A DNA stretch of 64,000 nucleotides. Origin: the human T2T-CHM13v2.0 reference genome, Homo sapiens. The stretch lies in assembly GCF_009914755.1 (NCBI RefSeq), contig NC_060934.1; one strand, 5' to 3'. Under the pieces are notes generated by a model. The model searched no databases. It was not told the DNA's origin and saw only the letters and a list, made by a program, of their open reading frames with translations. Below are positions 14,616-28,205 of this stretch, piece after piece. The translations under genes were made by a program, and so were the position numbers. Position 1 is the stretch's first letter. Each line of letters opens with the position of its first letter.

Positions 14616-15343
14616 ATTGGGATTGCCTCAACGAAAGATTTTTAAACTTTACTAATACACTGGGCTCTCTTCCTCAGGTGAGAGAAAGTTTGAAGCTGGT
14701 ACCTGAATTTCCTACTTAAAGCATCTATGAGAAAGAGTAAAGCCAGATGCTTTGTAATAAGTGTCATGAGAGTAGATGGAAATAGCCCAATACAGTATGC
14801 AGACAAACCAAAGGGCACGTGTTAAGACATTTAACACTTGTAGTTGTGACATTTCAGGATACAGAGAGTATTTATGGAAGATACCATGACATTCAGATGA
14901 GGAATTAAGAGCTGTATCCTTGAGTGAGAAGATACTGCTGTGAGGTCGTGAGTCAGTCTCAGCTAGACAGTCTCATAACATCCTTACTAGCTAATAAGGT
15001 GAAGCACAGATGTTACTGCCACAGCTGTTGATTTAATTTGTCTCAATGTCTTTAATCCATTTGATGATCGGTGAGTAAGGAGGGAATTCACTGACTCCCA
15101 GTGAAGTAACAATCATGCACGTATTCATTGGTAGTTTAAGGTTGGGGCTGGAGAAGGAGTCAGTGGGGAAAGAATAGATTGAAAACCCTTCCTAGCAATT
15201 ATTGACTCAGAAAGTCATAGGGCCTGGAGGGACTCCTACCATGGCACCAGGAGGCCAAGACTCCACCTATAGACCTTCATCCAGGTGCCTCAACTTTCAA
15301 ACCAGCATGACATAGCAATTTATCCAGTATAAGATTATGTCTG

Positions 15344-15642
15344 GGCCGAGCGCAGTGCCTCACGCCTGTAATCCCAGCACTTTGGGAGGCCGAGGCGGGT
15401 GGATCACGAGGTCAGGAGATCGAGACCATCCTGGCTAACACGGTGAAACTCCATCTCAATTAAAAATACAAAAAATTAGCTGGGGGCGGTGGCGGATGCC
15501 TGTAGTCCCAGCTACTCTGGAGGCTGAGGCAGGAGAATGGTGTGAACACAGGAGGGGGAGCTTGCAGTGAGCAGAGATCATGCCACTGCACTCTGGCCTG
15601 GGCGAAAGAGTGAGACTCTGTCTCAAAAAAAAAAAAAAAAAA
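15344..15642 (+). mobile_element. AluY
   Basis: Y-type gagatcgagaccatcctggctaacacggtg and ggagcttgcagtgagc; imperfect TSD aagattatgtctg / aaattatatctg. Confidence 0.92.
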
Positions 15643-16014
15643 TTATATCTGCAGGCACCTTGAAAAACTAGATGGATTTCCCTAACTGTGGAAGACCTCA
15701 GCATTGAAAGCAAAATATGAAATGGTTTTTAGCATAGGGCATTAATAAGTCTTTCCAGTTTCATTACTGAATCGAAACAATTTGGACTTGCCTGACACAG
15801 ACAGACTCAATGTGTCCAGATAAGCAGAGGATAATGGTATCTCAGCACCTATCTACTCAATCATGTCTGACATTCACTTTTGCTTAAGCTCAGTTTTCCA
15901 TGAAGTGCAATATCCTTTTACCTCATTTAATTTCAGCTCAGATCTTGTTTGTTGTTTTTTTTCTAATAATAAAGGCCATATAGGAGACAGACAAAGAAAA
16001 GAAAAGAGAAAGGA

Positions 16015-16497
16015 TTTATTAGTCAGCTACAGTCATAATAATGTACAAAAAAATCCCCACAAAATTGGCTTATAACAATAAGCATATGTTTTTATATTGT
16101 GGGTCTTCAAGTAGAGCACTATTTGATCCAGCTCATGCCTGACTGGACAACTCTTGTCTGAGCTGCTGGTTCAAGGACTGGCTGCAAGCTATGGACCTGA
16201 TTCAGATCTGCTCCACGTATGCTTGTGGTGCATTAGGACCGAAGGTGGTGTAGGACCGAAGGTGGTGTAGTATCCAATTAGGCATTTTCTTCCCATGGCA
16301 CACCATCAGAGCACAAGAGCCAAGCCATACCATGCAAACGCATGTACATCCTCTGCTTATACCACATCTCCTAACGCTGCATTGGCCAAGGTAAGTTACA
16401 TGGTTACACACAACAGTGGTTTGGAGAGGTATACTCTGCCCAGAGTGGAAGGTGCCAGGAATGAATATTAGCTGCACAATAACCGAAATTATCACCA
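16015..16497 (-). mobile_element. Old MaLR LTR (MLT1I/J-like)
   Basis: ttattagtcagcta..ggcttataacaataagcat..; cattggccaaggtaagttacatgg..; ggagaggtatactctgcc are antisense MLT1 phrases. Confidence 0.6.
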
Positions 16498-17376
16498 AGG
16501 AAAAATGAGAGTGGAAAAACATTAAATACTCATCTTAAGTAGGTCCCGAAGCTGGCAATCAGTAACAGAAAAGCAATGTCCTACCTCATTCCTTGGAAGA
16601 GATAGGAGCATGTTCATCGTTAGCTGCTAATAAAATTATTTTGATAAAAGGAAGTACCTTTATGCCGTTTCAGGTATTATAAGATTTAAAAAGTGGAAAA
16701 TCCAGTTATATTTGTTTTATCAATAGGCTTGGGGCCTCTGTGAGTTTCAAGTGGTGGTTTACATTGAGAAATGTATGATTTGATTTTATATTATCAGAAA
16801 CTGATAGGATTCTATAATTTTAGAAGATGCCCAGCTACCAAAAAAAAAGTCTTATTTCATTTAGTGCGGTTGGGTTCATCTTTCCAAATTGTACAACACC
16901 TTCCGAGACTACCATAGGTCCTAACATAGATTTCTTCCCCATTCAAATTTCATTTATTCCTCATCCTCCTGTCAAATGTCATTGGCATTAGTATTTTTAT
17001 ATTTAAATTAGGTATTTATGAATAAGAAAGCACCATATACTCATAGTAAAGTGTTAGAAAATGTGGCATACATAAAGAAAAAATATTAGGTCATGTAATT
17101 AGTGATTTGCCACTTGTGTTTTGCTATGTTCATTTCTAGTTTTAGTTATATAGACACATACACAAACACACACACAAGCACACAATTTTTCAAAGCTTCT
17201 TGGCCCTCAGTTGGCTATTCAGCCAAAAAAATCATTTATTTCTTAAATTCTGGAATATTATCAAGCATGTTTTTTCTTTCAATATGACTGCTTGCCCATT
17301 GTATCTATTTTCTCCTTCTGGATCTCCTAAAAGATATATATTGGGTCTTTTTGATTTTTTTCCCATGTTTCTCTAA

Positions 17377-17769
<393 letters not shown>

Positions 17770-18164
17770 CCCAGCTGGTATTTTTGTATATAGCTGTTGT
17801 TGTATTCATGGTTACTATTCTTTCCTTTACATCTTCGGATACTATGACTATTCTTGACTTAAAATCATTTTCACATTTTTCCATTGTTTCCATTCAGATA
17901 TATATTCTGTACTGTTTTGGACTGTGTACTTTATTATATTAAACTCGCTAAGATATTTTATAATTTTTATTTTATGACACATATAACAGCAAAGTGTTCC
18001 CCTCCCAATGTGCTCAATTTTATTTAGGGTGATTTTAGAAGGGCCAAACTTTGCCCTCTGCAGTGCTGGTCTCTAGTCAAATTGTACCACAGAGGCTCCT
18101 CCTAGCTCTTACTCTGGGCAGTTACAGCAATATCAGATGTTCCCTGGGATCTGGAATTTCCTGG

Positions 18165-18602
18165 TACATTCATAGTTCCCAGTGAGTCACACCTCTCTGT
18201 ATCCTTGCCCTTCTGCATTCCCTTCCAAAACTGACACAGCCCTGGCATTTGCTTTGGCAACAGGATATTAGCAAATGTGACACAAGCAGGCATTTGAAAT
18301 GTGCTTGTGGATTGGGGCATGTTTTCCCTCTTGCTGCTCTTGAGCCTGACCATCATGACATGAAGCCAGCCCCAGCCTGCTGGAGACATGTAGCCCAGCA
18401 GACCAACAGCACCTTTATTAGACACAAAAATGTGGACCCCGGGTCATTCAGGCCCAGCTGGGCATCTGTAGCCAGCTGAGAGGCAACGGTGAGACCAGAG
18501 AGATCTCTACCTGAGCCTACTTCCAGCTGTCAGACACTAGGGTGTTGCTTTAAGCCACGAAGTTTGGAGTGGCTTTTAATTTGGTAACAGATAAGTGAAA
18601 CA
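18165..18602 (+). mobile_element. MaLR LTR (MLT1H/J-like)
   Basis: ttgctttggcaacaggatattagcaaatgtgacacaagcag..; ends ttgctttaagccacgaagtttggagtgg..gataagtgaaaca. Confidence 0.65.
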
Positions 18603-18781
18603 CAGCTCTAACTTTGATGCCTTTATCACTCTCAGAAGCTGCCCATGGCCCTGTTAGTTCAGCCCTATTCAATGTTGATGTTCCTCTCCTGGATTCTGCT
18701 CCATGTAAGTCTTCCATTTTGAGATCTGCAGCCATCACAACAACAGGCATGCACGTGTGCTGTGTGTGTGCCTATGTATAT

Positions 18782-18844
18782 AGGTGTGAGCATGCAGGTG
18801 TGAGCATGCAGGTGTGTGTATGCAGGTGTGAGCATGCAGGTGTG
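18782..18844. repeat. 14-bp minisatellite (AGGTGTGAGCATGC) x4.5
   Basis: Units at 18782, 18796, 18810 (variant aggtgtgtgtatgc), 18824 and a partial unit at 18838. Confidence 0.9.
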
Positions 18845-21369
18845 GATATTTGCTGTGGAGAAGAGCAGTTGCAGGTAGAGTTCACCTGACATCTTGACCC
18901 AGAAATAATTTCACATGTCTAAAACGAAAAAACATTATGCTCCACACAAAGTTTTTAACCCTGGTTTTTATTGTCACTTAGCATAGGTAATACAATTTGC
19001 CCCAAAGAATTGAATAGTATTAACATGGAAAGTATAATTTTCAACTTCTAGCTAATTACTTGATATGGATTAACATCTCCTTTTATTTATTATTTCTCTG
19101 TTATTGAAAGTCAAGTTTGTCTCCAAGCTTTCCTTATTAAGAACTGCCATCTGTGGGACATCTCTTTACATACACAGAGGTGCATTTGGGAAGCATTTTT
19201 TACCTTATTGACGTTAAATACTTGTTCACAGGGGTTTTCTCATGTTCCCTCCCCACCTCTGTACTCTAATGCCCTAATATTACCATAATGCCCAAAGTCA
19301 CTTAGCCTTGAAAATCCCCAACTACAACTGATTTCAACACTTGATGCTTAGCATTGACTTATTTAGTCATCTTATTAATCGTCATCACTAATTTGTATAC
19401 AATAAATCTTACCTGTCATATTAGAGTACAAACTTAGTGAGGGCATTGATAACGTCGTTTATACTTTCCATATTCCTTATAGTCCTTGAAGCAGCTGTAT
19501 ACTAACTACCAACTGTTTAACAAATATGTCATGTATCCTCTGCTTTGCACACCACTCTGGGGGGAAGAGTATTTCTCTGACTTTCATCCACTTGTCCTGC
19601 AGGTCTCCCTCACATTTTCCTACAAAGTGTTATTTGAATCCTTCAGAGATATTTTATGTTACAGATATGTTATGAGATTACAATGTAAACTACAAGCAAC
19701 TTCCTCATAAGCCTTGCAATTATAGTCTTACATATTTCCTCATTTTATTCTTCTCAATTTAATGTTTAAAGCCATGCATTAACCCATGGCTTCCAAAGCA
19801 TGCTCTTTGGGGGAAAATAAAATCTCGGTTTATTTATAGTTACTTACAAACTTTTCTACCATGAGTTAACTACATTTTTTTGGATTATAATAAATTTTAC
19901 ATAAAATATTTCAGAGAATTTAAATAAAAACATACACACTAAGCTTTGAGTAATGTATATATAATATATAAATCATAAAGAATAATATCTATAATACCAT
20001 TTGTTAAGTACTTTGCCTATTAATAACATGGTAAAATTCCTATATCGTTCCTCATTATTTCAGATAAATTTGCTTTTTCTTCCTTCTTTCCCAGTCCTCC
20101 CAACTTGATCAATATTTGTAATGAAATTTAGGAATAATATCATTTATTACCAATTGGAATAATAAGCATATTTTAAAATAACATTTTCATATGCCTCATA
20201 GAAAGCATTCAGTGAAAAGTTAAATTAAACAGACATTTTGTCTTTCTTTCTTTCTAGGGAAACAGATCCCCTGAGTACTAATCCATGCAAGAAAACAAAT
20301 GGAAGTAAATGTGGAAATCAAAGGGATAACTCAAGTTAAATCACCCATCCACATTTTCACTAACTATACAAACTGATGAGGTTATGCATTTAGCTAATAT
20401 GCATGTAGCTAGCTACTTCTGATCAAGTTAATTTACCTGACAATCTCTTTTGTTATATTATTAAATCATGCTCACTTGCTGTGGCATAGTCTCTCCTAGT
20501 TACCACTACTTTTTTTTTATATCCCATGTATAAATATTACATTTTAATAAAAAACGCATGTCAAGAAACAAGCTCAATTCAGAGGCAACTGGGATTATCA
20601 GGAGATACAGTCATAAGTATGTTCCTGGTAACAAATCTAGTAAGGATTTTCAATCAAATCTGGCTTCTTCTACCACAGACACCTTTATTTACACAATATC
20701 TTAATTTATTACTTCAATTTACTTGCTGGTCTGTTTTATTTGTAGGCTTAGTCTAATTTTAACACTGTCAAGAATAATTCACAGAGTATCGGGTGAGTCT
20801 GCTTAGAAGAGGGAACCTACGTTAATCTTTTCTGACATTAATAGAATTAGACCTTATTAATTCTGACATGATTTATTTCATATCGTGTAAATACTAAATG
20901 CAAGCATCATGTTCTCATTGAAACAAGTGTTTTACATGCTTCATATACTGCAATTTGCAACATGAATTGAAAGTGAGCCTTGAAAACCATTTGAAATGAC
21001 TTAATTCTTGTCAAACTTAGAAAGATTATTACTGCCAAATGGGAAACACGAAATGCTGACAAACAGTGCTCCAGGACGTCACTGGGAAGAAAGAGAGCAA
21101 AGGCATGCACAGCCTGCGGGGCTTGCCAATATCACTCAGGCAGATATTCTTCTTACGTTAACAAAAATTATTCCCAACAGAGATACACCTGCTTAATGCA
21201 TATTTATTTTTTTATTTTATGTACGGAGAACTGAAGTTCCAATACAATCATGTTTGAGTTTTGTTGTTGCTTTGTTTTGTTTTTGTTTTTTCATCAGGGA
21301 AGATATTCTCGAGTATAATTGTCAGGGACGATGCAACTTGGGTGTGCCTGGAGCGGGTAAGAAAAATGA

Positions 21370-21732
21370 TGCAGGGACATGGATGAACCTGGAAACCATC
21401 ATTCTCAGCAAACTAAAACAGGAACAGAAACACCAAACACCGCATGTTGTCACTCATAAGTGGGAGTTGAACAATGAGAACACATGGACACAAGGAGGGG
21501 AACGTCACACACCAGGGTCTGTCGGGGGGGCGTGGGGGGTGAAAGGAGGGACAGCATTAGGACAAATACCTAATGGATGCAGGGTTTAAAACCTAGATAA
21601 TGGGTTGGTGGGTGCTCCAAATCTCCGTGGCACATGTATACCTATGTAACAAAACTGCACATTCTGCACATGTATCCCAGAACTTAAAGTACAATTTTTT
21701 TAAAAAGAGAATTAATTTAAAAAAAAAAAGAG
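21370..21732 (+). mobile_element. 5'-truncated L1PA 3' end (L1PA8/PA10-like) with TSD
   Basis: WMNLETIILSKL ORF2 terminus; ggacaaatacctaatg..aaaacctagat..tgtatcccagaacttaaagta; flanked by aagaaaa(a)tga at 21359-21369 and 21733-21742. Confidence 0.9.
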
Positions 21733-23274
21733 AAGAAAATGAACCCACCTAATGCCTCTACTTCTGTTTACCTGAGTTGCAGTGTGTGTGTCCTATCATT
21801 TGTTAACTCATGAAAAAGTTAAGCTACGTTTTAGATTGTTTGCCTAGGTTTCTCATAATTTAGGTGAGCTTTTTAAAGAAATAGCCGAAAAGATTGGGGG
21901 AAAATTATTATTGCTCTTACTGTTAAACGGCAAAGCCAGATTTTAACTTCTCTTTTTACTAAGTTGGGCTGATGTCATCGGTCGGTTAGCCAGATGATTT
22001 AGGACAAACAGTTGGTTGACAGTCCGTTGGATAATTTTTAAAGCATGAGAATGCTAGGATTGCATTTTTAGGGGCCATGGTGTATCTACATCTAAGTTGC
22101 AGATGTGTGGAAATCCTTTGAACTACTTTCTAAGCACTATAAAATGAAAAGGAAATATTAATACTAGCTTCCTTCGAATGTAAGTGACTTGATCTCTGAT
22201 GCGAAGGACTTTTTATTAAGAAACAGAAAGGATACTAGGTCTTTGTTCTTTTGAAACAAGAGCAAAGATGGCACTTCTTTTAAGCCTCAATTATTTATTT
22301 ACAAGAAACATGGGGAGAATTATTAGACAAAGGTTTCAGATTTCTAGAAAAGTTTATTTTGTAGCTGTCAATTGGGGTGTGAATTACGTAGCTTAATATA
22401 GTATGTGGATAACTGGAAGAAAGTGAGAAGATTTGCTGCATTGTACATTTTATATAATATCCATTGTTAACTTGAACTAAAATACTTTATGCAAATTATT
22501 GAAACAGATAAATTCAAAATTATTTTTTGTAAATCATGGTTAACTTTAAGAAGTTTTTCTAAAATAACCATTCCATACATCAGTGGCAATTTTAATTTTC
22601 CTAAATTTGGTGGGAGTAGTAACGTTATGACGATGTAGTAATAACACCAAAAGCAGAAATAGTTCACCCGTTAAAAAAGTGATATCTGAAATTGTATTTG
22701 TACCGATGAGAGCTATTTCATTGGAAGATCAATATTTTAAACCTTAAACACATTTCCAGGACTCACGGAAACCGAACAGCACATCAAATGCCAGGAAGGT
22801 GCAGTGATTTCCCAGGGCTACGCACCTGAATCTAAAACCCAGATCTCGTTCTGCAGCCTGGTTGAGTCTATAACAGCATATCATCCCGTGAAACATATCT
22901 AAACATTATCCTTGCATATTTTAAGTTATTCAATGGGATAAAACTGTGTCTTTAGTATATTTGTCTTAAAAGTATTTTATTTGTTGGTGTGTTCATTAGC
23001 ATGCGTCTTCTTCTATTTTATGTTTCCATGCTCGATTGCTGTCTTTTTTTTCCTGTATTTATGTATCACGTCTTCCCTTTATACCACAATTTCCAAAAGT
23101 CATTGATTCCCACCACATTGTAGAAAATAATTGATGAAAATCAAGAAGACCTGAGTTGTCTCTTATTACTGAATTTTAAATGACCCTTTGAGGTGCTGGC
23201 CTATATTGCAAAGCTTAAGTGACTCTGAAATGTTGGTTTCTATAAATCGAGTTTGGTTTGTTTTCTTTTAAAGC

Positions 23275-24190
23275 TGTAAGTCTCAGTGTAGACATATGCT
23301 TTCATTTCCCTTGGGTAAATACCTAGGAAAGGAATGGCTAGGTCATATGGTAGGTTTATGTTTAACTTCTGAGAAACTGCGGAATGGTTTTCTGGGCAGC
23401 TGCACCGTTTTGCACGCCCACCAGAAAGCACTGAAGGCTCCAGTTAGTCCTATCCGCATCAATATGTGGTGTGGTCGCTCTAACCTTAGTCACTGTACTG
23501 GGTAGGGAGGGGTGTCTTATTGTGGTTTTGACTTGTTTTTCCATAATGACTAAAGTATTGAACACTTTTTAATGTTTTCATTAGTCATCCATGTATCTTC
23601 TTTGTAAACTGTCTGTTCAAATCTTTGCCTATTCGTTGTTGTTGTTGTTCAAAATTACATGTCTTTTTGTGATTGAGTTGTGAAAGTTCTTTATATGTTC
23701 TAGATACATATCTCCTGTTGGATATATGTTTTACATGTATTTTTCTTTACTCTGTGGCTTGCCCTTTTACTCTTATCAGTGTCTTCTGAAAAAGCATACA
23801 TTTTTATTCATTTTTATTTGTTTAATTTTAGTTATTTAATTTGTTATTTTATTATTTAATGTATTTAAATAAATTTTATTTATGTATTTAATTTTATTTA
23901 AATTTATTTATTTATTTGTTTATTTTTATTCAAACTACATTTAAACGTCTGTTTCCCCAATTTGTGATTCTATCTCTTAAGTAAATCAAGGTTCTGCTAT
24001 GTAAAATAAGTTAATCAACAAAAATACTGAGTATAAAAGTACTATTAATAAATGCAGTTCTGTACCCAATCTTATTTTTTATTTCATAATTAAGAAATAT
24101 TTGCCAAACGAAGGGACATTAATTTTCCCCTTATGTTTTCTTTTAAAGTTTTTATACTTTCAGCTCTCACATTTAGATCTATGAAGCCTT
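23275..24190 (-). mobile_element. L1M (L1MB/ME-like) ORF2 3' region, antisense, containing an AT-rich low-complexity tract at ~23800-23935
   Basis: Antisense ORF 23240-23431 includes LNINLPYDLAIPFLGIYPREMKAYV (L1 ORF2 C-terminus). Confidence 0.85.
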
Positions 24191-24664
24191 AAAAACAATG
24201 TGCCAAAGACATATTTATTTTAAGAAACTGGAAAAATAACAGCAAAAAAATGCAAACGACAGAACAACAAAAGAAATAAAATGTAAAAGTAACTAATAGA
24301 ATAGTAAATCACACAGAGGATCACCAAAGCCAGAGGTTGGTTTAAGAGACTCATAAAACTGATACATTGTTGGTGAAATTGGCCAAGAAAAAACAGAGAT
24401 GGAACAAATAACTATTATCAACCATAAATAAGAAACATCACTATAGATCATATGGAAATACATTTAAATAAATGGTATTATTAATAGAACAACTTGTGGC
24501 TGTCTGGAGGAAACATAAGTAAGTGTGATATGTATTTCACAATGTTCACCAGATTACACTTCTAAGGGATAAATGATTTGAATATAAAAATTAAATTCAT
24601 TAAAATAACATACAAATAATTTTTCTTTGTAAGTTTTAAGTGGGTTTTTAAAATTATTATTTAA

Positions 24665-24987
<323 letters not shown>

Positions 24988-25567
24988 TTTATTATATTTT
25001 ATAAGCCTACTATGTTAAAAAGAAAACTCTTCATTTCCTATGGTAAAACCATCCAACAACTAAAATAATACGTTTGGATTCACACCTTGGAGGGAACAGA
25101 AAGAAGAGAATCTTCCTAATAAATTAAAGTTTACTGAAATACAAAAGTCAAACAAATGATAAGAAAAATATTAACAATCTTAAAGAAAAATGGGAAAAGA
25201 GAATGAACAAAGGGTTCAAGGCAAGGGAAGTAGAAACAGCCTTTAAACATAGGAAAAGATGCCAACCTCTACTGCTAACGCTAGAAATGGAAATTCAAAT
25301 TCCCTGTAGCTCCACTTTTTGCTATCAGATTGGGAACATTCCACGTGTTATGTAACCATGGAGGGTAAAACTCTGGGGAAAGCTGTGTTCCCATACACAC
25401 CTTTTGGTCTGCACATACCTTCAACCCCTACAGAGGGCATTTTGGCAATACTAGCAAAATAAAAAATGCATACATTTTCTTTGAACTGGCAGTTTACTTC
25501 TCCTGATCGATCATATAGCTTGACTACTCGCTGTGTAACTTATGAATGATTTCGTTCATTGTGGTCT

Positions 25568-26388
<821 letters not shown>

Positions 26389-27449
26389 GTCTTGTTTATA
26401 ATAGCAAATCGTTGAAAACAACCTCAATATACATTAATAACAAATGCTATTTGTTATTAATGTATGAAACAAACATACATTATGAACAGGCTGATGAAAC
26501 AAACATTGGTCAATCTATAAAGTGGGAAGTTTTTAAGGCTAAAAAAACAGTATTCATGGAAAATATCTAAGTTATATATTTTAGTTGAATAAAACAAGTT
26601 ACAGACAATATGTAATATTTGAAAGCTTAATTTTAAAAAATGTTGAAAATATTCTTACATATCCATCTCTAAATGAAGACGCATAAAATTTCTGGAAGGA
26701 TACAAAAAAACATGAAGACCAGTGTGTTACCCTTCGGGTTACATTGCTCGTATCAGATTCAAAGTGAATAGAAAGCCCAGAGCCCAGCTTCAAGGTGAGC
26801 TGTTTCCTTTGAACCCCATGTGAATAGGTTGTGAATGAATTCACTCAATCATGCACTGTGGCAGGCCTGTTTGAGAACCACATGAAATATTACATATGTG
26901 AGAAAACACAATAAGAAATTATTTTTAAATAAAATAAATGTAAAATATAAGGATCAGAAAGGAAGGTACCAAGCACTTCTTATTTGAAGAAGATACAATT
27001 GCTTTCATAGAAAAAAACAAAGAATCTACAAATACTGAGTTAATGCTCTTTCAATTTGCTATCACGGCAAACAGGAACACATTAGCTGCCATATTTTTCA
27101 TTAAATCCATCCCAGCTAACCCAATCTAAGCTAACCCAAATCCAAGCTGGGTTAGAATTTTTGGAGTTCTCTGAGTATAACTCTTTCATTTTTAACACAT
27201 TGCTGTGTGCTTCCTTGAAGTATCATTGAGTGGTTTTATGAGTTAGTTTGATCGATTTACTTGGATTATAACATCCCAGAAAACAGGGACCAATATTTTG
27301 TTTCATTCTTAAGGCCTGTGCACTGTCTTGTCATGTGGGCAGTTTGTGGATAATAAATATACTCATTTAAAATAATACTTGGAATGAATAAATAACTGCA
27401 ATGGAACACCAAAATTCTGGACTTTATGAGTGATCCAACTTATGCAATA

Positions 27450-27625
27450 GTCTAGGACAAAGTGTGTTCTCCAAACCAGCAGCATCTGCATCACATGGGA
27501 AATCAGAAATGAAGATGCTTGGACCCCAACCCAGACCTACTGACTCAGAAACTCTGGGGTGGGCCCAGAAATCTTGCTTAGAAAGCCCACCAGGTGATTC
27601 TAATGCAGATGACATTGGTGGGCTA
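27450..27625. mobile_element. MER5A-type hAT/Charlie MITE
   Basis: accagcagcatctgcatcacatgggaa..cccagacctactgactcagaaactctggggtgggccc..caggtgattctaatgca. Confidence 0.8.
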
Positions 27626-27847
27626 GTGTTCTTGGAGTTAAAGACTATGTCACCAAATAAAGAGACAAGGTGACAGCTTCTCAAGCAGTTGATGATCAGG
27701 CATTACTGCTTGGGGGCAGTAATTGTTTGCACCAGTTCTCTGTTTGACAGCCTTGTCTCAATTTGATTATTTTGTGAAAAGGTGCCCTTGACTCTGATGT
27801 CTTTAGGGTTAAAGGCACATATACCTTTGAACTGTGGAATTCCTGTG

Positions 27848-28205
27848 GAGCAAGGCTTTTCAAACTTCGCTGTCTGTAAACTTTCACATGGAGGATTTGC
27901 TAAAAACTGGGCTCTAGTCTCAAAATGTAGGTTCACTGGATCTGGAGTGATTCCTAGCATTCTGTATGTTTTTTAAACAAGCAATCCTGTGAACCTGTTG
28001 CAGGTGGGTGATGGACCACATTTGAGACTCACTGTGCTACCACCTTGCTGCTCAAATTATGATTGCAAGCCAGTGGCACTGGGATTGGCTGAGAGATTGT
28101 CAAAAATACAAAATCAGGCATCCCATCCTCTACCCATGGAATCAGAAACTTCATTTTAGCAAATTTCCTGAGACATTTGTTATGCATATTAACATTTGAG
28201 CACTG
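27848..28205. mobile_element. Two adjacent MER5-family MITEs (~27848-28034 and ~28045-28205)
   Basis: ..tttttaaacaagc..ggaccacatttgagactcactg and ..ggaatcagaaacttcattttagcaaatt..tatgcatattaacatttgagcactg. Confidence 0.6.

Noticed and set aside
22760-22840. Possible 59-nt minus-strand exon
   Set aside because: Weak pyrimidine tract, and the sequence resembles a degenerate MIR core.
23800-23935. Very AT-rich tract as an origin or matrix-attachment element
   Set aside because: Low-complexity T/A expansion inside an L1; function cannot be supported from sequence.
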